The position numbers were made by a program, and so were the translations under genes. DNA of 64,000 bases from an uncultured Planctomycetota bacterium (GTDB taxonomy: Bacteria; Planctomycetota; Planctomycetia; Pirellulales; Lacipirellulaceae). The stretch covers positions 1-64,000 of the forward strand of contig CAVRBU010000012.1 in NCBI GenBank assembly GCA_963719315.1, written 5' to 3'. Of the stretch, positions 10,993 through 21,643 are shown piece after piece; the first letter of the stretch is position 1; the number at the start of each line of letters is the position of its first letter. Below the pieces are notes generated by a model that was not told the DNA's origin, ran no database searches, and was given only the letters and a program-made list of their open reading frames with translations.

Positions 10993-12154
10993 GATTGGTC
11001 TCCGCGAATGGCCGCCACTTCCTCCGTCAAATCGATCGCGACCGGACACCACGTAACGCATCGTCCACAGCCAACGCAACCGCTTGTGCCAAATTGGTCG
11101 CTCCAAGTGGCCAGCTTGTGCGTGAGCCATTGCCGGTAGCGCGATGCAGTCGTCTTGCGCACCGTGCCCGTATTCGTGTAAGAATGTTCCATTGTGAAGC
11201 AGGAATCCCAGGCCCGTTCGCGGCGCACGTTATCGCCGCTTAAGTCGCTAACTTCTTCGACTGACGCGCAGAAGCATGTGGGGCACACCATCGTGCAGTT
11301 GGCACAGGAGAGACAGCGCTCGGCGACCTCGGCCCAGCGGGGATGTTCAAGGTTATTCAGCAGCAAATCGTGAATATCGGTCGTGTCCAAGTGCCGTTGT
11401 CGCGTGCCAGTCTGCTGCGAATAGGGCACCTCGTCGCGCTCGTGCATCCGATCATTTAGCTTGGCGGGGATTGCCGCGATTCCTCCACGAGTTGTGCCGG
11501 TGCGGGGACCCAATCCATCTCGGCCATAGCACTAGCACCGGCCGCCGAACCGATTTCAATGACGAAGCGCCCATCCACTTCCGTCAGAGCCAGATCAAAC
11601 CCCCCCCTCACCGCTGGGCCGGTGTTCATCGAATGACAGAAGCAGGTTGCCGCCGCCCGGCGGCAATTGACGGCCACTAGAAACAGCTTCTCTCGCCGCG
11701 CTTTGTAGCTAGGATCGACGTACGGCCCGCCCAAAAACACCTTGTCCTGAATCGCCAGCGCGTGCAGATCACACGACCGCACCCCGATGACGGCGAGCGG
11801 TGTCGGGCCGATCTTCGGTGGCGTCATTTGCCACGTGCCATTCTTGCGAATGCTCTCCAACAACGTCTCACGTGGAGGAAACATGAAATTCTTGAGCGAG
11901 TGCGGGCCGACCACATAATCGAAGAATCCGGCACTCCGGGATTTTTCCAGCCGGTACAAGCCGCCGTCCTGGCGATCGATGTAGCCAAACGGAAGTTGGT
12001 CGATCGACTTCAATTCGGTGTAGACGATCGCACCATCGGCAATCCGCGGCCCGATCGTTCGATAGCCCGACGCGCGCAGTGTATCAATCAGGGCTTGTAA
12101 TTGCGTCGTTTCAATCTCCAAGAAAGAGCCAACCGGGAGCTGTTTATTGGCCAT
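10989..12154 (-). CDS. Group 3b hydrogenase beta subunit (4Fe-4S); one apparent frameshift near 11475
   Basis: [37 protein letters not shown]. Confidence 0.92.
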
Positions 12155-12651
12155 TATCGTGCCTCTACTTCCTGGGGAATCGCCGGAATTTGTGGCCCAT
12201 AGACGTTGAGAAGCTGCATGCGCGTTGCGCTGAGGCGCTTGGCCAGTGCCAGTGCCGTCCGGCGCATCAGTTCGTATCCAAATTGTGGATCGCGCTCGCA
12301 GAGCGTTAGCAATTGAGCAATGTTGATTTCCACCGCTCTCGACTTATCGAGCGCGCGCGCCCTTGCGGTGTAGCATGTTTGCTCCAGCACCGACGACCAA
12401 CCCAAGAGTTCGCCTGGCCCCAGCGTTAGGATTTGCTGACAACCGGCGCCAGCAGCACAAATCTCCAGCGAGACCTTTCCGCAGACGACCAGGTAAACGT
12501 ACTGCGCCGCGTCTCCCTGCCGAAACACGATATCGCCTTGGTTGTAGTCCCGGAGCCGAGCAATTTTGGCAATTTGCTCCAAGTGCATCGGACCTATGTC
12601 GTGCAGAAAGCGAATCTCTTGTAGCGCTTCGATGAGAGTGTCGTTGTTCAT
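12154..12651 (-). CDS. Stand-alone cyclic-nucleotide-binding (Crp-like) domain protein
   Basis: IVFRQGD..VYLVVCGKV..LGPGELLGWS; 165 aa, no C-terminal HTH. Confidence 0.88.
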   Translation of the reverse strand: MNNDTLIEALQEIRFLHDIGPMHLEQIAKIARLRDYNQGDIVFRQGDAAQYVYLVVCGKVSLEICAAGAGCQQILTLGPGELLGWSSVLEQTCYTARARALDKSRAVEINIAQLLTLCERDPQFGYELMRRTALALAKRLSATRMQLLNVYGPQIPAIPQEVEAR

Positions 12652-13001
12652 GATACTGTCTCCTCTAACGTAACAGATTCCAAAAGAAGCTCCTCGCCGC
12701 CGCGAAGCGATAGTCTCGAGCTTCCGCATCTAACGCATTGGAAATGAAATCGCTCAATTCGAAATTGATTTCCGCACTGATCGCAAGCTGCTTCCAGCGG
12801 CACGCGCTCCATCTTCAATTCCGCGCCGCGAAAAGACGTATCTTGCACGAGGTCGTCAAAGGCGCTGCACAGCAAGTCGGGTTCCACTCCCGAAAACTCG
12901 CCGATCCGTACACGAATCGACAGAATCTGAGCGGCCGAATTCTCAGTCGCCACAGTTTGCACTTGCCGGAGCAGTGCTCGGATCAGCGATCGCTCATGCA
13001 T
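12648..13001 (-). CDS. hypA: Nickel metallochaperone HypA
   Basis: MHE start, CDQC and CVRC zinc motifs, GGEELLL. Confidence 0.96.
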   Translation of the reverse strand: MHERSLIRALLRQVQTVATENSAAQILSIRVRIGEFSGVEPDLLCSAFDDLVQDTSFRGAELKMERVPLEAACDQCGNQFRIERFHFQCVRCGSSRLSLRGGEELLLESVTLEETVS

Positions 13002-13500
13002 TCTTGGCCTCGCAAAGTTCGGCTAGAATCAAAGTTTCCAATTCCGCCACGCCCCGTAGCACTTCGAGACCTATTTCGCTCCCAGGCTCACAACCGCCCA
13101 CTTCGATTCCGAAGATATCCACCGCGGGGGGTAGCCACCCAAGCCGTTCGGACAGCCCCAGCGCGTCGTACACACCAATGCCGTGCGTTGATTCGCTATG
13201 GCATTCGGCGATCCGCGAGTCGGGCCAATGCAACCGGGTCACAGTGCCCAATGAACCCCCGCTTCGGCACGCATCGACAACTATCAGTCTTCGGCAGCCG
13301 TCCAATTCATCAATAAGTTGTGTCGCCTCCGATACCAACTTCAGACGGGCTGGCACGCGCGCCCGCCGCTGTAGCATTTCCACGAGCCGCCACCCCACCC
13401 GATCATCGCCAAAGGGGCTCCCTACTCCTACGACCAAGGTCGTCCAATCATCCTGCGAGCTATCATTCACACGAGACTCCGTTTGCGTCTCAGTATGCAT
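12994..13500 (-). CDS. Hydrogenase maturation protease
   Basis: VVGVGSPFGDDRVG, IVVDAC, STHGIG motifs. Confidence 0.92.
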   Translation of the reverse strand: MHTETQTESRVNDSSQDDWTTLVVGVGSPFGDDRVGWRLVEMLQRRARVPARLKLVSEATQLIDELDGCRRLIVVDACRSGGSLGTVTRLHWPDSRIAECHSESTHGIGVYDALGLSERLGWLPPAVDIFGIEVGGCEPGSEIGLEVLRGVAELETLILAELCEAKNA

Positions 13501-13607
13501 TCGTCGCGACCCGTTTGTCCTGGCTGGGTGCGCGACTGCCTGGGCTGACTTTGTAGGTTCATCATCGTGCCGAATCGATTGGCGCGTTAAGGGCGTCGTT
13601 TGGCGTT

Positions 13608-14111
13608 CTATTCGTTTTCCGGGGCTGCACCGATTGCCGTCGGCGCGTAATTTGCCACGTACAGCTGCGACAGTTGAGTCCAAGTCGAAGTCAAGCGTTT
13701 GGCGAGGGCCAACATGGTTCGGCGCATGAACTCGTAGCCGAACTGAGGATCCAAATCGCAAATCTCCCGCAACTTGTAGCCGTCGATCTGGATCACGTGT
13801 AACGGTTCGACAACCACCGCCGTCGCGGTGAATTGCGGATGGTCGGAGAGCGTCGACCAGCCCAGCAGCTCTCCCGGTCCGACCGTGACAATCTGTTTGG
13901 TTCCCGTGCGGTCCCTGCAAACCTGAAGCATCACCTTGCCGGCCACCACCAAATACAGGTTGTTGGCGGTTTGCCCCTCGCGAAACACTACATCGTGCTC
14001 ATCAAAATCGCGAGTCTCGGCGATAGCTGCGATTTGTTCCAACTGCTTTGGCGCAATATCGTGCAAAAACTGAATCTTCTCGAGCGTCTTTACAAGTATG
14101 TTTCCAGTCAT
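13608..14111 (-). CDS. Second stand-alone cyclic-nucleotide-binding domain protein
   Basis: VVFREGQ..LYLVVAGKV..VGPGELLGWS; GGAGGAG RBS; paralog of 12154-12651. Confidence 0.88.
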   Translation of the reverse strand: MTGNILVKTLEKIQFLHDIAPKQLEQIAAIAETRDFDEHDVVFREGQTANNLYLVVAGKVMLQVCRDRTGTKQIVTVGPGELLGWSTLSDHPQFTATAVVVEPLHVIQIDGYKLREICDLDPQFGYEFMRRTMLALAKRLTSTWTQLSQLYVANYAPTAIGAAPENE

Positions 14112-14327
14112 GGTTCTGTCTCCTCCAAAGTAACCGACTCTAACAGCAGTCCTTAACCCTCGCGGAGCGATAGCCGCAGGCTGCCGCATTTGTCGCATTT
14201 AAAACGAAAACCCTCAATTCAAAAAAACATTGCGATACTGCTCGCAAATTGCTTTTAGCGCTCCTGGGCTTGTCGCAGCAGCGCTTGGATCAACGACCGC
14301 TCCTGCATGACCCACCTTCCGATTCAG

Positions 14328-15332
14328 CTAATTCGCCGCCGTGTATGATACTAGTGCTTTCATGTAATTGGCACGCTCCAAATTGCCGGAGTCCGGGCAA
14401 TTGCTGTAGCTCATACTGCCTTTGAGTTGCTCTACGGAATCGTAACCGTTCTCATCCAACCAGTCCTGACAGGCTCGTAACATTTCGCCGATATACTCCA
14501 CACCGTGACGCAACAGCGTGGAGGTGATCATGCACACGTCGGCTCCGACGAGCAGCAGCTTGATCACGTCCTCGGGAAAATGAATGCCGCTAGTCGCGGC
14601 CAGCGAGATCGTTACCTGGTCGCGCAAGATCGCAATCCACCGCAATGGAGCTCGCAGCTCATGCCGATTGCTCAACACCAAGTGCGGTGTGAGCTTCAAC
14701 GTCTCCAGGTCAATGTCCGGTTCCAGGAACCGATTGAACAGTACGACTCCATTCGCTCCGGCCCGCACCAGGCGCGGAATAAAATTGGTGAGATTGCTGA
14801 ATTGCGAGCCGATTTTCACCGCCATCGGAATCTTGACGGCATCGCGAACCATCGTCACCAGATCAATATACCGTCGTTCCACGTCGTCCGACGTCATTGT
14901 TGGATCGGTAGCTACAAAGTAGATGTTGAGCTCGATGGCATCGGCTCCGGCGTTTTCGATCAGCTTGGCGTATCGCACCCAACCTCCTGGCGAGGACCCA
15001 TTGAGACTGCCAATTACCGGAACCGACAGACTGTCCGAGGCCGTTTCGAGCAGGCTCAAGTATTCGCGCGGCCCAACATTGTAGTCCCGTATTTTGGGAA
15101 AGTACGACAAGGATTCGGCGGACGCAAACGTTTGAAACTCGTACAGCGCATGAACTCGCTGCTCGTCGCGGCAGATCTGCTCTTCGAACAACGACGGCAG
15201 AACCGCCGCCGCCACACCAAGCTGTTCCAGCCGGCGCAGTGAATCGAGGTCGCCCGTCAACGGTCCCGCAGAGGCCACGATCGGGTTTTTGAGCGATAGC
15301 CCCAAGTAGGTGGTGCTTAAGTCGGCACGCAT
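14328..15332 (-). CDS. Dihydroorotate dehydrogenase-like flavoprotein (PFOR-associated type)
   Basis: DLSTTYLGLSLKNP, SLFEEQI, GADAIELN, LFNRF, ATSGIH, ERANYMK. Confidence 0.9.
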   Translation of the reverse strand: MRADLSTTYLGLSLKNPIVASAGPLTGDLDSLRRLEQLGVAAAVLPSLFEEQICRDEQRVHALYEFQTFASAESLSYFPKIRDYNVGPREYLSLLETASDSLSVPVIGSLNGSSPGGWVRYAKLIENAGADAIELNIYFVATDPTMTSDDVERRYIDLVTMVRDAVKIPMAVKIGSQFSNLTNFIPRLVRAGANGVVLFNRFLEPDIDLETLKLTPHLVLSNRHELRAPLRWIAILRDQVTISLAATSGIHFPEDVIKLLLVGADVCMITSTLLRHGVEYIGEMLRACQDWLDENGYDSVEQLKGSMSYSNCPDSGNLERANYMKALVSYTAAN

Positions 15333-18300
15333 TGTGTCACCTCCTTCTCGTTGCACTGAATCTCTCGTTCAACACCGGCCATCTGTTCGTAGTAATGCCA
15401 CTGATCGTCGATGTCCTTTTGCGCCAGCGCCGCCAATCGCTCCGCATTTTTCGGATCGCTTCGCATCAGCATCGCAAAGCGCGCCTCTTGTGGCGCGAAT
15501 TCGGTAAACGGAATCGTAGGCTTCCGGCTATCCAAACGGAAAGCGTGCTCGCCGCCGTGCGCAAGGCGTGGATCGTAACGGAACAGCGGCCAGAGGCCGG
15601 TCTGCACAACAGTCTTCTGGTGCGTCATTCCCTGGGTCATGTTGATCCCGTGAGCAATGCATTGGCTGTAGGCCAAAATAAGCGAAGGACCGTGGTACGA
15701 TTCCGCGTCCAAAAACGCTTGCAATGTCTGATTGGGATTCGCTCCCAGAGCGATCTGCGCGACATACACGTTTCCGTACGACACGGCCAACATTCCCAAA
15801 TCTTTCTTCCGTCCCGCCTTGCCGTTCGTTGCGAACTTGGCAGCAGCGGCCCGCGGCGTGGCCTTCGATGCTTGACCCCCCGTGTTGGAATATACTCCTG
15901 TATCGAGGACCAAGATGTTGACGTCGCGATTCGTGGTTAGCACGTGATCGAGGCCACCGAAACCAATGTCGTACGCCCAACCATCGCCGCCCACGATCCA
16001 CACGCTGCGGCGCCCAAGTGCATCCGCAACGCTGGCAAGCTCTCGCGCCGAAGCTCTGGGAGTTCGCTGAGTTTTTGCTTCAGCCGAACTACTCGTTCAC
16101 GCTGCTCGTTAATTGAAGCTTCGTCCGTTTGCCGCGCTTCGAGCAACTCCCGCACGAGTTGATCGCCGATCTTGGGTGACAGCTCCTTCAGCAATACCTC
16201 GGCATATTCGTGCTGTTGGTCAACCGCCAAGCGAATTCCGAGGCCGAATTCGGCGTTGTCCTCGAACAGTGAGTTGCACCAAGCCGGACCACGTCCCTGT
16301 TTGTTGGTCGTCCACGGCGTGGTCGGTAAGTTCCCGCCATAAATCGATGAGCAGCCGGTCGCATTGGCAATGATCGCCCGGTCTCCGAACAATTGGCTCA
16401 TGAGTTTCAGATACGGTGTTTCCCCGCAACCCGCGCATGCGCCCGAGAATTCAAACAGCGGCTCGAGAATCTGGCAACCTTTCACGACATCGATCTTCGC
16501 CTGTGTGCGATCGAGCTGTGGAATCTCCAGAAAGTAATTGAAATTTGCCCGTTCGCGTTCGAGATGCGGTTCTTTCCGCTCCATATTGATCGCCTTGTGG
16601 CGAACGACTTCCTTGCTCTTCGCTGGGCACACATCAACGCACACGCCGCAGCCCGTGCAATCATCAGGAGCAACTTGAATCGACAGGCGATGCCCCACAA
16701 GGTCTTTGTCTCGCCAGACCTTCGAGAGATAGTTTTCCGGTGCCCCATTCACTGCCGCCTCCGGAAATACCTTCATCCGAATCGCGGCGTGCGGACAAAC
16801 GAGCGCGCAAAGTCCACAGTCGATGCAAACCGCCGGATCCCAGATCGGTATCTCTTCTGCGATGCTGCGCTTTTCATATTTCGCAGTGCCCGTCGGGAAC
16901 GTGCCGTCTACCGTCATCGCGCTGACGGGCAGTAGATCGCCCCGTCCGGCGACAATCGAGGCCGTAACGCGATTGATGAAATCACTGGTCGTGGCAGATT
17001 GCGACTCGCTTGCGATTGCCATTACCGGCGGCCGAAGCCGCTTCGCGCCGACCGCCTCTGCCGGCACGATCACCTCTTGCAAATTCTCCAATGCCATATC
17101 GATCGCCGCAAAGTTCTGCTCGACGATCGTTTCACCACGTTTTCCGTACGATTTACGAATCGCCGCTTTGATGTGACCAATGGCCTCCTCCCGTGGCAGC
17201 AGTCCGGCAAGTGCAAAGAAGCAACTCTGCATCGGCGTGTTGATCCGGGCTCCCATGCCCGTTCGCCGAGCCACATCGTAACCATCCACTACATAGAATC
17301 GCAGACGCTTGTCGATAATCTGTTGCTGCACCTCGCGCGGCAATTGCTCCCAAACCCGATCGGCGGGGTAGGGGCTATTCAGCAAAAACGTCGCCCCTTC
17401 CGCCGCGATTTTGAGGATGTCCATCGTCTCCAGCAAATGAAACTGATGGCAGGCCACGAAACTCGCACGATCAATGAGATACGTCGATCGAATCGGCCGC
17501 GGACTGAAACGCAGATGCGACACGGTCACCGCGCCCGACTTCTTCGAGTCGTAGACAAAATACCCTTGTGCAAACAGCGGCGTATTTTCGCCAATGATCT
17601 TCACCGAATTCTTATTGGCCCCAACCGTCCCGTCGCTGCCCAGTCCATAAAAGACCGCGCGCACCACATCATCCGCCTCGGTCGTCAACGTTGAATCCCA
17701 AGGGAGGCTCAAGTGGGTTATGTCGTCGTAGATGCCGATCGTAAAATGCCGCTTTGGGCGAGGCTCCTCCAGGTGCCAATAGACGGCTGCCGCCATGGCT
17801 GGTGTGAATTCTTTTGAAGCCAGGCCGAACCGGCCGCCAAAGACTTCCGGCAGCGGTGCGCTAGCGATGCGCTCGTCTGCATCCCAATGCTCCGTGAGCG
17901 CGGTCACGACATCCAGATACAACGGTTCGCCCAAAGCGCCCGGTTCTTTCGTGCGATCCAAAACGACAATGCGGCGAACTGTTTTTGGAAGTGCGGCGAT
18001 GAACGCCGCCGCATCGAACGGCCGATAAAGCCGCACCTTCACCAGCCCTACCCTTTCGCCATCCGCTGTAAGTCTCTCAACCGCCTCCTCGGCCGCACCC
18101 ACGCCGGAGCCCATCATCACGATCACGCGCGTGGCATCTTGCGCTCCGATGTAATCAAACAAGTGATATTGCCGGCCGACCCGCTTGGCAAATCGGTCCA
18201 TCATTTCCTGGACCTCATGGGGCAAAGTATCATAGAACGGATTGGCCGCCTCCCGGGCCTGAAAGAACACATCGGGATTTTGAGCCGTACCGCGTAGAAT

Positions 18301-18942
18301 CGGTCGGGCGGGCGAGAGGGCCCGCCGACGGTGGTCGTGGACGGTCGTCTCATCGATCATCCAGCGTACATCGTCGTGCGTTAGCTGCTCGATCTTGTTC
18401 ACTTCGTGCGAAGTGCGAAAACCGTCGAAGAAGTGCAGGAAAGGAACCCGCGAGCTTAACGTCGTCGCATGCGCGATGAGCGCGAAGTCCTGCGCTTCCT
18501 CGACGGAATTCGACGCGAGCATCGCCCAACCCGTGCCGCGGCAAGCCATCACGTCGCTGTGATCGCCGAAGATCGACAAAGCATGCGTGGCGACCGAGCG
18601 GGCCGCAATGTGGAAGACCGTCGGGGTCAATTCGCCGGCGATCTTGAACATGTCGGGGATCATTAAGAGCAGGCCTTGTGAGGCGGTGAACGTCGTGGTG
18701 AGCGCGCCCGCTTGGAGAGCCCCATGAACGGCTCCCGCGGCGCCCGCCTCACTTTGCATCTCGATCACTTCCGGGACACTCCCGAAGATGTTCGTGCGTC
18801 CTCGGCTCGTCCAATGATCCGCCAACTCGCCCATCGGCGACGCGGGGGTGATCGGATAGATCGCGATCACCTCACTCGTGAGATGGGCAATCGAGGCGGC
18901 CGCCTCGTTCCCATCGACCATGATAAAAGCTCGGTCAGCCAC
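15317..18942 (-). CDS. nifJ: Pyruvate:ferredoxin/flavodoxin oxidoreductase (one apparent frameshift near 16050)
   Basis: YPITP, SEAGAAG, GLGSDGTVG, two 4Fe-4S motifs, FSGACAGCGETPY, GGDGWAYDIG, YSNTGGQ; GTG start with GGAGGAG RBS. Confidence 0.96.
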
Positions 18943-19063
18943 GCGAATTACTCCTCCAATAAAAGCGCCCGCCGTCTGCCGCTCCATGCTGGTTATCTTT
19001 TTTTGCCATCGCACCATGAAGGGCGGACCAAGGTGCGGCAGACGGTGGGCAGTCGCTTAATCA

Positions 19064-19078
19064 GCAATTCAAGTGCCA
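19064..19078 (-). promoter_or_regulatory. sigma54 promoter for the PFOR-hydrogenase run
   Basis: TGGCACTTGAATTGC on minus strand, full consensus TGGCAC-N5-TTGC. Confidence 0.8.
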
Positions 19079-19191
19079 TCGACTGGAAGGACGCTGCGAA
19101 TCGTGCGAAGCGACCGGTTGAGTGTTTTGGATAAATGCGCGACGTATTCAAAGCTTGAGGCGCGCCGGGAAGTGTGCGATTCGGCGCGCCG

Positions 19192-19207
19192 GTGCCACCG
19201 GTGGCAC
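19192..19207. promoter_or_regulatory. Palindrome, candidate upstream activator sequence
   Basis: Perfect 16-bp palindrome GTGCCACCGGTGGCAC about 115 nt upstream of the sigma54 site. Confidence 0.55.
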
Positions 19208-19319
19208 ACTTTTACAAGCAAATAGCGCGCATATCGTCGGGCGAGACTGTGATCGCTTCGACGCAATACTCGGACCGCTCCCGCAACTAATCGGGGCTGC
19301 CCCCGCCAAACGGCAGGAA

Positions 19320-19694
19320 CTATCGCACTTCCTGCCTAGGTGGCGTGCAGGGCACCTTCGCGCACCACCAGGCGAAAGCATAGAGCACACCGATCAACAG
19401 GCTCAAGCCAGGGGGCCACGGCAGTTGCAGCTCGACGAGAAGCCAGAGTGCAGTGCCGAACAGGACCATGACGGCCGCCAAGCCCTCCCACTTCCATCCC
19501 ACGACCGCTCCAACGACCATTAAGAACAAAGCTAGAGTTTCGAGCTGCTCGGACGGCGACATTTTCCAGATCGACGGCAGTCCCTCTGGAGAAACTGCAT
19601 GAGCTAGGACAAACCATCCGATAAACGCGAAGTACAAAAGGCCCAGCGCTCGCGCGATCCAACGAGCAGCGTTGCCCAAGCTATGCATTTCCAT
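19320..19694 (-). CDS. Hypothetical membrane protein (about 4 TM)
   Basis: Hydrophobic segments, GWKWEGL motif, GGAGG RBS. Confidence 0.7.
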   Translation of the reverse strand: MEMHSLGNAARWIARALGLLYFAFIGWFVLAHAVSPEGLPSIWKMSPSEQLETLALFLMVVGAVVGWKWEGLAAVMVLFGTALWLLVELQLPWPPGLSLLIGVLYAFAWWCAKVPCTPPRQEVR

Positions 19695-19760
19695 GCCGCG
19701 CCTCCCTTCGGCTACTTAACACCCCCTATCATCGAGCACACGTGCCCCAGACGAGAACAA

Positions 19761-20426
19761 TCACTTCGGCTCTTTCGCACCCTCACGGCCATCTGGCTCT
19801 TTCATCACGTCGTCATAGGGCGTTTGCAGGTCAAAAGTATTCCCTTTGTTGAGGGTAACGCTGATGTGTTTGCCCTTCTTAACCTCGACCGGAATGCTCC
19901 AGCATACGGGTTGTCCCTTGATGCGGACCGCTTTGGTAACGACCCACTTTTTTCCAGCAGGCGCATTAGATGACAGAGTAATGTTGCCCGGTTTTGTCAG
20001 GAGCCAGAGATTTTCGCCGGTCACATCCCTAAAGCCGGCATTCCAATCCACTTCCATCTGCGCGGAGCGGACCAAGTCCTTCCACTGCTTTGTGTCCGCC
20101 TTCTGAAGCTGCTGGCGATTGAACTTCTCCATCTTCTTAATTTGGGCCGTGAAACCGGGAGCCGGGTCCTTGTCGAGGACTGTATATTGCACGGCTTGCG
20201 GCTCCAGGCTCGGCATATCCAAGGCGAAGCTTATTGCCCAAGCTTCCGCCTGTATCCGCTTGATATCCTCCAGTTGCTTGGCCGAGAACGTGGCCGGTGC
20301 GTCGCTGTCTGCCTCCGTGGCGGACTGTTCCTCGGCCGCCTCAATGCTGGGCGACAGATAGGAAAGCGTCGGCAACAGAAAGGCGGCCGTCAAAGTAGCC
20401 GCGGTTGAGAAACGTATTTGAATCAT
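19761..20426 (-). CDS. Hypothetical exported protein
   Basis: Signal-peptide-like N-terminus (MIQIRFSTAATLTAAFLLP..IEA), AAGGAG RBS, long open frame. Confidence 0.65.
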   Translation of the reverse strand: MIQIRFSTAATLTAAFLLPTLSYLSPSIEAAEEQSATEADSDAPATFSAKQLEDIKRIQAEAWAISFALDMPSLEPQAVQYTVLDKDPAPGFTAQIKKMEKFNRQQLQKADTKQWKDLVRSAQMEVDWNAGFRDVTGENLWLLTKPGNITLSSNAPAGKKWVVTKAVRIKGQPVCWSIPVEVKKGKHISVTLNKGNTFDLQTPYDDVMKEPDGREGAKEPK

Positions 20427-20453
20427 CGTTTTCTCCTTCGACAGCGTCACGTT

Positions 20454-21554
20454 TTACCGTACACGATTCGTCGAGTGATCGGCGATCCACATCGCCGCAT
20501 CGGGCCAAAGCTGCTGATGCGCTTTTGAACTGACAGCCAGCCCGATGTGCCCGGCGTTGATTGACATATTGTGAACGAACTTAGACGAAACGTAATGTTT
20601 GATCGCCAGTGTCGAATTGGGCGGCACCAGATGATCCTGCTCCGCGACTAGCGTCAGCAACGGACAAGTTATGTTCTGCAACTTGACGGGCTTATCGTTC
20701 AGTTGGAATTCGCCCAGGACGAGCTGGTTTTGCTGATACAGATGTTTGACGAATTCTCGGAACGTTTCGCCGGCCACGGGAATGTTGTCGTTCGCCCACC
20801 GTTCCATTGCGAAATAGTTTTCGAGGTACGCATCATCGTCCATTTTGTCTGCGAAAGATACGTATTTCTCGAAGTAGTTCTGAACTGGTTTCATCAATTG
20901 AAAACTGGATTGCAGAAACGAACCCGGGGTGTTTCCGAAGGCGTCGACCAACCCATCGACATCGAAGTATTCTTCTCGCGTCCAAAGGTTCAAAAGTCCT
21001 TCATCACCGCTGAAGTCGATGGGCGCCGCCATGAGGATCAGATTCTTGATCTGCTCCGGGTAGAGCGCGGTGTACATCGCGGACATCGTCCCGCCCATGC
21101 AATAGCCCAGCAGATTGAGCTTCGGGGTATTCGAATGGCTGCATACGAAATCGGCCACGTTCTTCATGAACCGGCACACGTAATCTTGCAACCGCAACGT
21201 GCGGTCCGCCGCCGTAGGAATCCCCCAATCGATCATGTAGACGTCACAACCACGCTTCAATAACTGGCGGATCACGCTGCGGTTCGGCTGCAAATCCAAA
21301 ATGTAAGGGCGGTTTACCAACGCGAAGCACACCAACACTGGCTCGGCCAGGTCGATGGAGTGCTCGTTTCGGTAGTGAAGCAGCTTGAGCGAGTCCTCCT
21401 CGTACACGACCTCATGCGGTGTCGTTGCAACTTGAACGTCACGGGCAATCTCCGGAACTTTCGCAGCGTTCAACCACCGCCGCCACGCCCGGAACGACTC
21501 GGCTTGCGCCGCCTTCTGAAAATCCAGACACATCTCGAGTAATGCGCTTGCCAT
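20454..21554 (-). CDS. phaC: Class III polyhydroxyalkanoate synthase PhaC
   Basis: ALVNRPYILDLQP, lipase box GYCMGG, DHLVPP Asp, GHIGL His; 366 aa fits class III. Confidence 0.92.
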   Translation of the reverse strand: MASALLEMCLDFQKAAQAESFRAWRRWLNAAKVPEIARDVQVATTPHEVVYEEDSLKLLHYRNEHSIDLAEPVLVCFALVNRPYILDLQPNRSVIRQLLKRGCDVYMIDWGIPTAADRTLRLQDYVCRFMKNVADFVCSHSNTPKLNLLGYCMGGTMSAMYTALYPEQIKNLILMAAPIDFSGDEGLLNLWTREEYFDVDGLVDAFGNTPGSFLQSSFQLMKPVQNYFEKYVSFADKMDDDAYLENYFAMERWANDNIPVAGETFREFVKHLYQQNQLVLGEFQLNDKPVKLQNITCPLLTLVAEQDHLVPPNSTLAIKHYVSSKFVHNMSINAGHIGLAVSSKAHQQLWPDAAMWIADHSTNRVR

Positions 21555-21577
21555 GTCAGTTGTCCTTTAAGTTCATG

Positions 21578-21635
21578 GGCTGTCGGCCGGGGGCGTCGGC
21601 GAATCAATCTCGCGAACGGCCAACAGCCGACAGCC
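21578..21635. repeat. Intergenic inverted repeat (REP-like hairpin) between phaB and phaC
   Basis: GGCTGTCGGC (21578-21587) pairs with GCCGACAGCC (21626-21635). Confidence 0.4.
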
Positions 21636-21643
21636 GAGCACCG

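Noticed and set aside
12994..13920. 308-aa extended maturation protease as a domain fusion
   Set aside because: The extension overlaps the upstream cNMP gene in another frame and lacks motifs; start at 13500 fits the family
14182..14197. TGCCGCATTTGTCGCA, RegA/PrrA-like motif upstream of the hydrogenase genes
   Set aside because: Single degenerate occurrence and no cognate regulator in the window
15317..16003. Separate PFOR beta subunit gene
   Set aside because: Frames join seamlessly (SARELASVADALGRRSVWIVGGDG) into a standard single-chain NifJ with one indel
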